From the NCBI GenBank assembly GCA_027030565.1, contig JALVEU010000057.1, positions 1-41,474 on the forward strand: a stretch of 41,474 bases of DNA, in the 5' to 3' direction. The notes below the pieces were generated by a model that made no database searches, was not told where the DNA came from, and was given only the letters and a program-made list of their open reading frames with translations. Positions within the stretch are counted from its first letter, which is position 1, and each line of letters begins with the position of its first letter. The position numbers and the translations under genes were made by a program. Below are positions 26,343 through 34,799 of this stretch, piece by piece. The DNA comes from Gammaproteobacteria bacterium (GTDB taxonomy: Bacteria > Pseudomonadota > Gammaproteobacteria > JAJDOJ01).

Positions 26343-28301
26343 TCAGGCCGGGGCGGAGGCGTCGGACAGCTCCGGCGTCAGGACCACGCGCGGAAAGGCC
26401 CCGATCACCTCGCGATAGACACGCGCCGGATCGTTCTCATAGCGCCTGGAGAAGTGGAAGGGCACGAGCCGGGCCACACCGGCGGCCGCAGCGATCTCGC
26501 CACAGGCCCGCGCCGTGAGATGGCCGGTGCGCCGGGCCTGGGCACGGTCGGCCCGCACGAAGGCGGCTTCACAGAACAGGGTGTGCGCCCGGTGGGCGAG
26601 ACGCTCCAGGCGCCCGCGGTTGTCCGGAGTGTCGGCCAGATCCGTGGCGTAGACCAGGCGTTTGCCGGGGCGGATCAGCACGAGATCCCGCGCCAGATCC
26701 CCCACCCGTTCCATGACGCCCGTGGGCAGGGTGATGCGCGCGCCGAGCGCATCGGCGTGGATGCGCCGCTTCAGCTCGCCCAGCCACGGCCCGGCTTCCA
26801 GGCCCCGGGCCGCGAGACGGTCCTTGCGCACGTTGATCTCGCGGGCGGGCTCGAGGGCGAAGGCCAGCACCGGCGTGTGATGATCGAGCAGGGCCGCACG
26901 CACCCGAAACCCCGGCTCGTCCAGCAGCACACCGGACGCATCGGGCGCGGTGCGCAGGGCCACGGGGCCGTCACGACCGGCCTGGAGCTGGAACACGTAG
27001 CGCAGGGCACCGTCCCACTCGGTCACGATAAAACGCGGCCCGCGGTCCCCGATCCGGTCCCAGAGGATGCCGCGCAGGAAGCCGGCGAGATGGTCGGCGA
27101 GCCCGGGTGGACCGTAGAGCCGGCAGGGCTCGGTGAGGCCGATGCGGGCGCGCAGGAGCCAGAGGAAGCCCGCAATGTGGTCGAAGTGGGCATGGGAGAC
27201 GAATACATCGGTGAGGCGGTGGGCCACCCGGGCGGGCAACCGCGCCCCCTCCCCCAGGTCGAAGAGCAGCCGACGCCCCTGGTGCACCAGGCGCAGGTGC
27301 AGGCAGGGATCACCGAACACGCCGTTGACCAGGTTCGCCTCTACGTGCCCCACTCGCAGGGCGAGAGGCCGCGGTGTTTCCACCTTCGCGGGCGATGCCA
27401 GTCCTTCGGGAAGCACGTCGATCGGCTCGGTGCAACCTTCGGCGAAGGGCTCCAGAGTGGTCAAGAAACCGCTCTCGTCGCGCGCCGCATCGCGCACCAG
27501 GAGGGTGTCGGCATCGGCGGGCAGGGATGGTGCACGCAGCTCCAGCCGGTCTCCTTCCACCGCCACTACCTCGCCCATCGCCCGCGTCCGGCCGCGCGAA
27601 AGGAGGGCCACCTGCCGGCCGGTCCAGGCCTCCGGCACGTCCAGCGGAGGCGGCGTCCCGGTGAGGTGCCAGCGCCCGAGCTCGATCCGCTGTGCCGTGG
27701 CACGCTCCAGGTAGCGGTCCCAGAGCATGGTGCGCTCACGCAGACGCTGGCGCAGACCCGGGCGCCGGGCACGCGGATCGCGCGGGATCCGAAGCACCGG
27801 GAGACCCAGCGCCGCGAGTTCCTGCTCCAGCGTCACCACACCGGCGGCTCCCCCCAGCACCAGGACCACCTCTGCCGAGACGGCCTCGGCCGTTGCCGTC
27901 AAGAGCTCGGCCGCCGCCACCCCGCGCACCACCCCCGGTGGATCGACCACGAGTGTTGCGGGCGGGATCGTTCGCAGCAGCCGTTCCATGGCCGCCACCA
28001 GCGGCAGGCGGAATCGCGCCGCATTCAGGGAACACAGGGCCTCCATCCCTTCCAGCCGCCATGCGCCGTGATCCCAGCGGCCCAGACACACTGCGCCGGG
28101 AACGCCGAAGGGCGGGGAGCCTGGATCTGCACTCAAGCAGTAGACGGCCTCATGCCCGTGCGACAACACGCCGCCCAGACGCTGGGCCAGGGTCGACTTG
28201 CCCGCCCCGGGCGGACCGGACAGGAGGATGCGCCGGCGGCCACGCAGGGCCTGCACCACGGCGTCCAAGGTGGCGGCGACCTCCGGCTTCATCGCCGCCA
28301 C
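26343..28301 (-). CDS. Fusion protein: N-terminal Clp1/Grc3-type P-loop polynucleotide-kinase-like domain plus C-terminal RNase Z-like metallo-beta-lactamase domain
   Basis: 652 aa. The Walker A is ILLSGPPGAGKSTLAQRL, followed by CLSADPGSPPFGVPGAV and LVVDPPGVVRG, which is the Clp1_P pattern (DxDxGQ-like, DTPG-like). The C-terminal part has FDLGEG...VFVSHAHFDHIAGF (HxHxDH)...LDHHTPVLAF...YATD...LFCEAAF...GHLTA...LVPFHFSRRY. Confidence 0.8.
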   Translation of the reverse strand: MAAMKPEVAATLDAVVQALRGRRRILLSGPPGAGKSTLAQRLGGVLSHGHEAVYCLSADPGSPPFGVPGAVCLGRWDHGAWRLEGMEALCSLNAARFRLPLVAAMERLLRTIPPATLVVDPPGVVRGVAAAELLTATAEAVSAEVVLVLGGAAGVVTLEQELAALGLPVLRIPRDPRARRPGLRQRLRERTMLWDRYLERATAQRIELGRWHLTGTPPPLDVPEAWTGRQVALLSRGRTRAMGEVVAVEGDRLELRAPSLPADADTLLVRDAARDESGFLTTLEPFAEGCTEPIDVLPEGLASPAKVETPRPLALRVGHVEANLVNGVFGDPCLHLRLVHQGRRLLFDLGEGARLPARVAHRLTDVFVSHAHFDHIAGFLWLLRARIGLTEPCRLYGPPGLADHLAGFLRGILWDRIGDRGPRFIVTEWDGALRYVFQLQAGRDGPVALRTAPDASGVLLDEPGFRVRAALLDHHTPVLAFALEPAREINVRKDRLAARGLEAGPWLGELKRRIHADALGARITLPTGVMERVGDLARDLVLIRPGKRLVYATDLADTPDNRGRLERLAHRAHTLFCEAAFVRADRAQARRTGHLTARACGEIAAAAGVARLVPFHFSRRYENDPARVYREVIGAFPRVVLTPELSDASAPA

Positions 28302-28578
28302 CCCCCTGCATGGCCCCCTGCCCTAGACCTCGGGCACGCCGGCAGCCTGCAGGGCTGCCGGGTGGCGGCTACACTCCTTGTGGGAGGGCACGTACCATGG
28401 CCGACCCGAGCGACCTTGAAACAGGCCTTGCTCACGTGGATCCCGTTCCTGCGCATTTCATCCATTCCGTATCCCCTTGGGCACTCGAAGAGGCGCAACG
28501 CTCGAGGCCGCGCGAGCAGGCGCGCCCCTCCGGGCCGCTCGATTCGGGCTCCAGCGGGCCTTCGCGCCACGAGGCTAC

Positions 28579-28881
28579 ATGGTCTGCCTGGTGCATTACG
28601 CCGACGGCTCCACGGGTGTGCTCCTGTATCTGAAGACCGCGCTCATCACTCAGGTGAGCTTTGCGGTCAAAGGCTATGCGGCGCTGAACCCCGACTTCCC
28701 GGATCAGAGCACGGTGGATCAGTTCTTCGACGAGGTGCAGTTCGAAGCATATCGTGCGCTCGGCTACCGCGTGGCGAGTCGGATGCTGGACGACCCGGTC
28801 CCGCAGGCATGCTTGCGCGGGCTCGACGTGGACCCGCTCCCCCAACACATACAAGGGCTCATCGAGCATCTGACGGCCTGA
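28579..28881 (+). pseudogene. Orphan 100-codon ORF resembling the extreme C-terminus of large patatin-like phospholipase-family proteins (probable remnant)
   Basis: ...LYLKTALITQVSFAVKGYAALNPDFPDQSTVDQFFDEVQFEAYRALGYRVA resembles the FP(H/D)xST.DQFF.E.QFE.YR.LG tail that I recall from patatin-like proteins. No catalytic domain lies upstream, and the upstream frames are broken. Confidence 0.3.
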
Positions 28882-29000
28882 CCCGGCAGTGGCCTGCACC
28901 CGAACAATCCACCTGGGCGGTGCGCGGAACCTATTTCCACAACCACGACGTGGTAGGATGGCCCCGTGGCCGCCCCCCGACCCGCGACGGAGGTTTCCCC

Positions 29001-29237
29001 ATGAGCGACATCCCACTGGTCGACGTCACCCTGCATATCGACGAGACGCTGGACAAGGCGAAGCGTGCAGAGATCGAAGAACGGCTGCGCGCGCTGGACG
29101 GGGTGATCAGCGTGCATTCGCCGGACGACAAACCGCATCTGGCCATCGTCGAATACAATCCCGACCGGCTGAACTCGGCACGGATCCTGGAGACGGTCAC
29201 CCGCCAAGGGGTGCATGCCGAGCTCGTGGGATTGTAA
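29001..29237 (+). CDS. Small ferredoxin-fold (HMA-like) protein lacking the CxxC metal site
   Basis: This is the last 78 codons of a 1409-aa shadow ORF. ATG 29001 follows GGAGG. The sequence MSDIPLVDVTLHIDETLDKAKRAEIEERLRALDGVISVHSPDDKPHLAIVEYNPDRLNSARILETVTRQGVHAELVGL has a beta-alpha-beta-beta-alpha-beta periodicity and no Cys. Confidence 0.6.
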   Translation: MSDIPLVDVTLHIDETLDKAKRAEIEERLRALDGVISVHSPDDKPHLAIVEYNPDRLNSARILETVTRQGVHAELVGL

Positions 29238-29274
29238 GCGCCGGCCGGGAGCGGCGCTGCGCTGCGGTGCCAGA

Positions 29275-29871
29275 TCACTCCCGTTCCACGACGCCCGCGT
29301 AATAGGCAGCGACGGATTCGATCTCGGCCTCGCTGAGCTTCGCCGCGATGCCCGGCATGGGTCCGAGACCCGGACGACCCCGGCGCCCCGATCGCCAGGC
29401 GCGGAGCTGGCGGGCGAGGTATCGGGCCGGCTGCCCAACCAGCACGGGAATGTCCTCACCTCTGAGTCGGGCGGCGGGGGCATGGCAGGCATCGCAGGGC
29501 GCCAAGCCGCGTGTCGGGTCGCCCGAGCGGGCCAGGCGCTTGCCCGAGCCCGCGGGCAACACGGCCGCCGGCGGCGTGGGCAGCGCCGCGTAGTGGCCGG
29601 CCAAGGCCTCCCCGTCCTCCGGCCCGAGCAGCTCCGCCACCGGACTCATCAACGGGCTGGTCCGCTCACCGGAACGGAACGCCTCGAGCTGGCGTTCGAG
29701 ATACCGCGCAGGGAGGCCCGCCAGACGGGGGATGCCGGCGTGCGCATCGCCACGACCGCCCTCACCGTGACAACCATCGCAGAAACCCGGATCCCGCAGC
29801 GCGGAGGCCGACAACGGCAGCAGGGTCGCGACCCCAACCACCAATATCGCCCTGCGCGCGGCGCGTTCCAT
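29275..29871 (-). CDS. Dihaem c-type cytochrome (c4-like), periplasmic
   Basis: Start at ATG 29871 (MERAARRAILVVGVATLLPLSASA signal). Two CxxCH sites are present (CDGCHG, CDACHA), each followed by P.L.GQ...Y...QL..(F/W)RSG, the typical c4/c553 pattern. Confidence 0.8.
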   Translation of the reverse strand: MERAARRAILVVGVATLLPLSASALRDPGFCDGCHGEGGRGDAHAGIPRLAGLPARYLERQLEAFRSGERTSPLMSPVAELLGPEDGEALAGHYAALPTPPAAVLPAGSGKRLARSGDPTRGLAPCDACHAPAARLRGEDIPVLVGQPARYLARQLRAWRSGRRGRPGLGPMPGIAAKLSEAEIESVAAYYAGVVERE

Positions 29872-29996
29872 GACCTGAGAGTCTGGCCCCGCAGCACCGC
29901 CAAGGCAAGGCGCGGATGCCTGGTTGCGTCTGGAATGCATCTCGACCACCCACGGAGCCGCACGAGAACGGTCCGCCGCACCGGAGGGAGACACCC

Positions 29997-31145
29997 GTGA
30001 ACCGTCAGCAAGCCATGGCGATTTCGCATCGCATCCGCAGCACCTGCGTCCTGCTCGCCGTGCTCTTGGCCGGCTGTGCCGATCATCAAGACCAGAGCCC
30101 GCCACCCGGTCGCCCCGACTGGGCGCACATCAAGGCCCACGCCAAACCGCAGCTCGTGCTCGCCGATGAATTCTCCACCCCCGTGCTCCTGAAACCTCCG
30201 GCGAGCCCGGCCTGGGAAGACGGCATCTTCATCAGCCGGGACGGCCTCCGCCTCTACGCCTTCTATTCACCGGCCGACGTGTACCAGTATGCGGTGAACA
30301 CGGCCGGGCAAACCGGCTGCATCGACATCACCCCCTATTTACGCGGCCCCCGGCTCGGCATGGATCTCCAAACCAACCCGTGGGGTTGCGACAAGGTGCT
30401 CCACAGCGACATCGCCTATGCCACACGCGACTCCACCAGCCGACCGTTTGGACCTTGGCGCCTGTCGAACATGGCCGCGCCGCTCACCTGGGAAGGTGGG
30501 TTCCAGGCCATGGACAACGGCGATGGCGCCATCGATGCCGTCCTCTCGAGATCGACCGACGAGCGCAAGAACGACCTGTACTGGGCACGGGGCGTCTCGC
30601 ACAATCCCCCCTTGAGCGCATTTGCACCGATGCCCGACCCGATCAACTCCCCGTCCCAGGAGGACAATCCCCATCTGGAGCGGCTCGACGACACGACCCT
30701 GGTATTGCTCTTCGACAACCATGGCCAGGGCGATTCCAGAACGACCATCCGATACGCCATGAGCCATGACGACGGCGTCCACTGGACCCCGCCTGCCGCG
30801 CTGGGCGCCAACATCAACGCGGGCCCCCACGATCTCACCGGGCATCTGTACTTCGATGGCGACGAGTGGTGGCTGTACTTTGCCTCCGAGCGCGACGGTG
30901 CGCTGGCCATCTACCGCAGTTTGCATCAGACGGGCGACCTCATCGCCGACTTCGACGACTGGGGACCGGCTCAGCTCGTCGTCGCCCCGGGTCCGGTGGA
31001 CGATGGCTCGGGATTCATGTCCGGCGTCGGCGAGCCCTCGCTCACCAGCCGTGGGGATCTCGTCTTCGCCGCGGTCTATGGCGCCAGCAACCCGACGCCC
31101 TTTGACGCCTCCGACATCGATGCGTGGATCGCGATGCGCAAGTGA
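29997..31145 (+). CDS. Lipoprotein, probable beta-propeller (BNR/sialidase- or TolB-like) fold
   Basis: GTG 29997 lies 9 nt after GGAGGGAG (alternative ATG 30015). The lipobox is VLLAVLLAGC. Repeated strand-rich motifs include RDGLRLYAFYS, DDGVHWTPP (BNR-like SxDxGxTW variant) and DEWWLYFASERDG. Confidence 0.6.
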   Translation: MNRQQAMAISHRIRSTCVLLAVLLAGCADHQDQSPPPGRPDWAHIKAHAKPQLVLADEFSTPVLLKPPASPAWEDGIFISRDGLRLYAFYSPADVYQYAVNTAGQTGCIDITPYLRGPRLGMDLQTNPWGCDKVLHSDIAYATRDSTSRPFGPWRLSNMAAPLTWEGGFQAMDNGDGAIDAVLSRSTDERKNDLYWARGVSHNPPLSAFAPMPDPINSPSQEDNPHLERLDDTTLVLLFDNHGQGDSRTTIRYAMSHDDGVHWTPPAALGANINAGPHDLTGHLYFDGDEWWLYFASERDGALAIYRSLHQTGDLIADFDDWGPAQLVVAPGPVDDGSGFMSGVGEPSLTSRGDLVFAAVYGASNPTPFDASDIDAWIAMRK

Positions 31146-31418
31146 AGCGCCAGGGAAAGGCCCGTCGAGCGAGGTGGAGGCAGCGCAAGGCACACCCAAC
31201 CACGGAATGCAGGGCCCGTCCGCCGAGAGCCGCCACTGAACGCGTCGGCAGGCACCTGCATGGAACCGACCGCTGCGCCTGCCCGGGGTTGCGGGCGTCG
31301 AGATGGAGGCGATCCTTGAGCCAGCTCATGTCACGCCGTCGATGCGATCGCACACAATTGGCGGCGGACTGATCGGCACTTCCTCGACGTCAAGGCGCAG
31401 CCAAAGGGGGATTCTTCC

Positions 31419-33173
31419 ATGTTCGGCCCCGGACAGAAGCGTGACACGGCCCGATCCCGTTCTCTACACCAAGCGGCCCTCGGGGTGGTGCTTGGTGTCC
31501 TCGCCGCAGCAGGCCTGCGCGTGACGTCTGCGGAACCGGCGCCTGCGGCATCCATGGCGGCGGTGGAGGGCCCCGCTTCCGAGCGGATCGAGCTGGGCAT
31601 CCGGGAATACGACGTGACGGCCAGAAAACGGCCCGTGGACAAATCGGTGACACGCCTGCTGGAGAAACCGGAGGACACCTCCACCACCGACCACAGCGAG
31701 CTGGACGAGCTGCAGGGCCCCTTCCACAGTGGCCCCGAGGTGACCAAGGCCTGCCTGGAGTGCCACAACAAGGCGGGGAAGCAGTTCCGAAAAAACATCC
31801 ACTGGACCTGGCGCTGGCACAACCCGCGCACCGGCCAGGAGTTGGGCAAGGCGCTCCTGGTCAACAATTTCTGCACCAACGCCGCCGGCAACGAAGGCAT
31901 GTGCGCCCAGTGTCACGCCGGCTACGGCATGACCGACGCCCGTACCTACGACTTCTCCAACGAGGAGAACATCGACTGTCTCGTCTGCCACGAATCCACG
32001 GGCACCTATTACAAACTGCCGCCCACGCGGGGCAACAAGGCCTGTGCGGTGATGTTCGAGGGCAAACCCCCCATCGATTGGACCCGGGTGGCGCAGAGTG
32101 TGACCCTGCCGGGACGAAACAACTGTGGGGCCTGCCACTTCTTCGGTGGCGGCGGGGACAACGTGAAGCACGGAGACCTCTCCTCGGTGCTCTTCAATCC
32201 ACCCAAGGACGTCGACGTCCACATGTCCCCACAGGGCGAGAACTTCGCCTGCATCATCTGCCATGTGGGCGAAGGCCACAAATGGGCCGGCAGCCGTTAC
32301 GCCCCCCTGGCCAAGGATCCCGGTGAGACCAAACCCGGCCTGCCGCGGCACACCGCCACCTGTGAGAGCTGTCATACCCACGAGCCTCATCCCCTGGGGC
32401 TCATGGGACTCAAGCTCAACGATCACACCGACCGCGTGGCCTGTCCCACCTGTCATGTCCCCGCCTTCGCCCGGGGAGGCGTCGCCACCAAGGTCCACTG
32501 GGACTGGCGCACGGCGGGCCGACTCCGAAACGGAGAGGGATACCGTGAAGAGGGCTACATCCAGGGCAACGGAGAGCCTCGCCACACCTACAAGTCCATC
32601 AAGGGCAGCTTCAAGTATGGCGAGAACCTGGTACCGGAATACCACTGGTTCAACGGCGTCGAGCGGTACATCACGGTGCACGACCGGTTCGATCCCTCCA
32701 AGCCCGTGGAGATCAACCACCTGGAAGGCGGCCCCGACGACCCGAACGCACGCATCTGGCCCTTCAAGCGCATGGTCACCATCCAGCCCTATGACAAGGG
32801 CAACAACACACTGGTCTACATGCACCTCTGGGGCGACGACGAAGACGCGTTCTGGGGGAACTACGACTTCGCCCGCGCCATCCGCCGCGGTATGGCGGAC
32901 TTCGGACTGCCCTACTCCGGCGAGTACGGATTCATCGAGACCTGGTCCTACTGGCCCATCGTCCACATGGTGGCGCCCAAGGAGGACGCCCTGGCCTGCC
33001 GAGACTGCCACGCCCGCCAGGGACGGCTGAAGGACCTGGCCGGTTTCTACATGCCCGGTCGGGACTACAACCCCTGGGTGGACCGGATCGGGATCGCCGT
33101 GGTGCTGGCGACGCTGCTCGGTGTACTGGGCCACGGCTTGCTGCGCGTGGTTCTGGCCGCTAGACGGAGGTGA
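31419..33173 (+). CDS. Octahaem c-type cytochrome of the tetrathionate-reductase (OTR) family, with N-terminal signal and C-terminal TM helix
   Basis: There are eight CxxCH motifs: CLECH, CAQCH, CLVCH, CGACH, CIICH, CESCH, CPTCH, CRDCH. The context matches OTR (HWTWRW, GGGGDNVKHGDL, HWDWRT). The C-terminus IGIAVVLATLLGVLGHGLLRVVL is hydrophobic. Confidence 0.88.
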   Translation: MFGPGQKRDTARSRSLHQAALGVVLGVLAAAGLRVTSAEPAPAASMAAVEGPASERIELGIREYDVTARKRPVDKSVTRLLEKPEDTSTTDHSELDELQGPFHSGPEVTKACLECHNKAGKQFRKNIHWTWRWHNPRTGQELGKALLVNNFCTNAAGNEGMCAQCHAGYGMTDARTYDFSNEENIDCLVCHESTGTYYKLPPTRGNKACAVMFEGKPPIDWTRVAQSVTLPGRNNCGACHFFGGGGDNVKHGDLSSVLFNPPKDVDVHMSPQGENFACIICHVGEGHKWAGSRYAPLAKDPGETKPGLPRHTATCESCHTHEPHPLGLMGLKLNDHTDRVACPTCHVPAFARGGVATKVHWDWRTAGRLRNGEGYREEGYIQGNGEPRHTYKSIKGSFKYGENLVPEYHWFNGVERYITVHDRFDPSKPVEINHLEGGPDDPNARIWPFKRMVTIQPYDKGNNTLVYMHLWGDDEDAFWGNYDFARAIRRGMADFGLPYSGEYGFIETWSYWPIVHMVAPKEDALACRDCHARQGRLKDLAGFYMPGRDYNPWVDRIGIAVVLATLLGVLGHGLLRVVLAARRR

Positions 33174-33178
33174 GTCGG

Positions 33179-33835
33179 ATGAGCATACACAAGGTCCGCG
33201 TCTTCACACGCTTCGAGCGGTTCTGGCACTGGACCCAGGCCCTGCTCATCTTCGTGCTCCTGTTCTCGGGCTTCTCCATCCACGGCCTGATCCCCGGCAT
33301 CGATTTCGAAAAGCTGGTCTGGACGCACGTGGGCGCCGCGGTGGGCCTCATGGTGCTGTGGGTATTCGCCATCTTTTGGCATCTCACTACTGGCAACTGG
33401 CGTCACTACGTGCCCACCGTCAACGGCCTGTTCCGGGTGGCGCGTTACTACGCCTGGGGCATCTTCCGGGGCGAGGACCACCCCTATCGCAAGCGTTTCT
33501 GGCACAAGCACAACCCGCTGCAGGCACTGGCCTATCTGGGCCTCAAGCTGGGCCTGTTCCCGGTCCTGTGGGCCACCGGGCTGGCCTATCTGTTCTACGG
33601 ATTCTGGGGACAAGGCGCACTGACGGCCGGCTCGCTGGAATGGATCGCCGTCACGCACACGCTGTTCGCCTTTTTCATGGCCGCCTTCGTGATCATCCAC
33701 GTCTACCTGCTCACCACGGGCGAGTCCTTCGTCGAGCATGTCAAACCCATGATCACAGGCTACGACAAGGTGGAGCTCACCGAGGCGGAGCTCGCGTACC
33801 TGAAAGAGGACGAACCGGACCGCGTGCTGGACTGA
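33179..33835 (+). CDS. Membrane b-type cytochrome (Ni/Fe-hydrogenase/PhsC-like cytochrome b561 family)
   Basis: ATG 33179 lies 8 nt after GGAGG (the track start is GTG 33170). FERFWHWTQALLIFVLLFSG carries a haem-ligand His. There are four TM helices, with further His in WHLTTGNW and FVIIHVYL. The start abuts or overlaps the OTR stop. Confidence 0.8.
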   Translation: MSIHKVRVFTRFERFWHWTQALLIFVLLFSGFSIHGLIPGIDFEKLVWTHVGAAVGLMVLWVFAIFWHLTTGNWRHYVPTVNGLFRVARYYAWGIFRGEDHPYRKRFWHKHNPLQALAYLGLKLGLFPVLWATGLAYLFYGFWGQGALTAGSLEWIAVTHTLFAFFMAAFVIIHVYLLTTGESFVEHVKPMITGYDKVELTEAELAYLKEDEPDRVLD

Positions 33836-33899
33836 GGCGGCCCACGCGCAGAACGATCCCACCCCCGGAAACCGGTCCAGCGTACACATTAGCGCACGC

Positions 33900-33908
33900 T
33901 TATGCACA
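33900..33908 (+). promoter_or_regulatory. DnaA-box match TTATGCACA
   Basis: Perfect match to the relaxed consensus TTATNCACA. It lies about 180 bp from the tight box cluster at 34079-34113. Confidence 0.4.
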
Positions 33909-34078
33909 TGCGGGATCGGGCGGGACGAGCCCCTCCCGCCACGGGGCCATCCGCCGTACCAGCCCCTGCCGGTCCCGTACAACGGGTTGTTTCCAAAGGA
34001 CTTTCCAGAGGTGGTCAGAATCCGACCAGAACAACGCCGACCACGTTCCGCCGGGGTCTGGCCAGCGTTGACGACAAC

Positions 34079-34113
34079 TCATTCACAGGGTTATCCACAG
34101 GAATTGTGGACAA
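34079..34113. promoter_or_regulatory. Tight cluster of three DnaA-box-like 9-mers: TCATTCACA, TTATCCACA (perfect) and inverted TTGTCCACA
   Basis: 34079-34087 is TCATTCACA (1 mismatch). 34091-34099 is TTATCCACA (exact high-affinity consensus). 34105-34113 is TGTGGACAA, which is TTGTCCACA on the minus strand. Spacings are 3 and 5 bp, in a 400-bp non-coding gap. Confidence 0.5.
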
Positions 34114-34234
34114 CCGGGAAATCTGCTCCACCGAGCGTCACTTAGCGTTCAAAGGCGAGAAAATCCATCAGCCCGCTGTGTCGGTGGCACACCTTCCCGC
34201 CGGTCCCCGGGGGACGAACCGGCAGATACGGGGC

Positions 34235-34726
34235 TCAGTGCAGGACCGGTCCGGCCATACCCGGCCGGCCCTCACGAATCTCCTGGGGCGTAGCGTCGCG
34301 GACCTCCTGCACCTGGACGATGTAGCGCAGGGTCTTGCCCGCCAAGGGGTGGTTGCCATCCACCGTGAGCTTGCCGTTCTCGATCTTGGAGACGATGAAC
34401 GTCCGCACATCGCCCGCATCGTTCATCATCTCCACCTCGGCGCCCACGTGGCGAAACTGCGGCGGCACGTTCTCGATGTCATCGGTGTAGGTGAGCGCGG
34501 GATCATGCGGTCCGAAGGCCTCCTCTGGCGGGACGAGCACCTCCACCTGATCTCCCACCACCTTGCCCTCCAGCGCACGCTCCAACCGCTCGAGCAAACC
34601 GCTGTCCGCACCGTGCACATAGGCGATGGGCAGGTCCACCTGTTCCAGGACCCGGCCGCTCTCGGGCTCGACGATCCGGTATGTGAAGCGAACGAACTTG
34701 TGTCGCGTGATCCGTTCCTGCGGCAC
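34235..34726 (-). CDS. slyD: FKBP-type peptidyl-prolyl isomerase with insert-in-flap chaperone domain (SlyD-like, no His-rich tail)
   Basis: 163 aa. IAYVHG....L...LE.ALEGK.VGD...V.V.PEEAFG..D and VDGNHPLAGK.L.Y.V.V..VR.AT.EE are the SlyD/FkpB signatures. Confidence 0.85.
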   Translation of the reverse strand: MPQERITRHKFVRFTYRIVEPESGRVLEQVDLPIAYVHGADSGLLERLERALEGKVVGDQVEVLVPPEEAFGPHDPALTYTDDIENVPPQFRHVGAEVEMMNDAGDVRTFIVSKIENGKLTVDGNHPLAGKTLRYIVQVQEVRDATPQEIREGRPGMAGPVLH

Positions 34727-34799
34727 CGCTGCCTCCTGGACTCAAACGGCTTTTCTATACTATACGCGTCCCGTTCGCCCCCGCCCGAGAGAACGCAGC

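Noticed and set aside
28397-28633. 78-codon ORF with a good Shine-Dalgarno sequence (MADPSDLETGLAHV...)
   Set aside because: Its second half is Pro/Ser/Arg-rich low complexity and overlaps the better-looking patatin-tail frame. I treat it as part of a decayed region rather than a confident gene.
25008-29237. 1409-aa plus-strand ORF spanning egtD to 29237
   Set aside because: It is out of frame with egtD and antisense to the 652-aa kinase-nuclease gene. Only its last 78 codons (29001-29237, which have their own GGAGG-ATG) look like a real protein.
33836-34234. Possible chromosomal origin (oriC) because of the DnaA boxes
   Set aside because: There is no AT-rich 13-mer-like unwinding element, only 3-4 boxes, and no dnaA, dnaN, gidA or rpmH neighbours. 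I kept it as a DnaA-binding locus of another kind.
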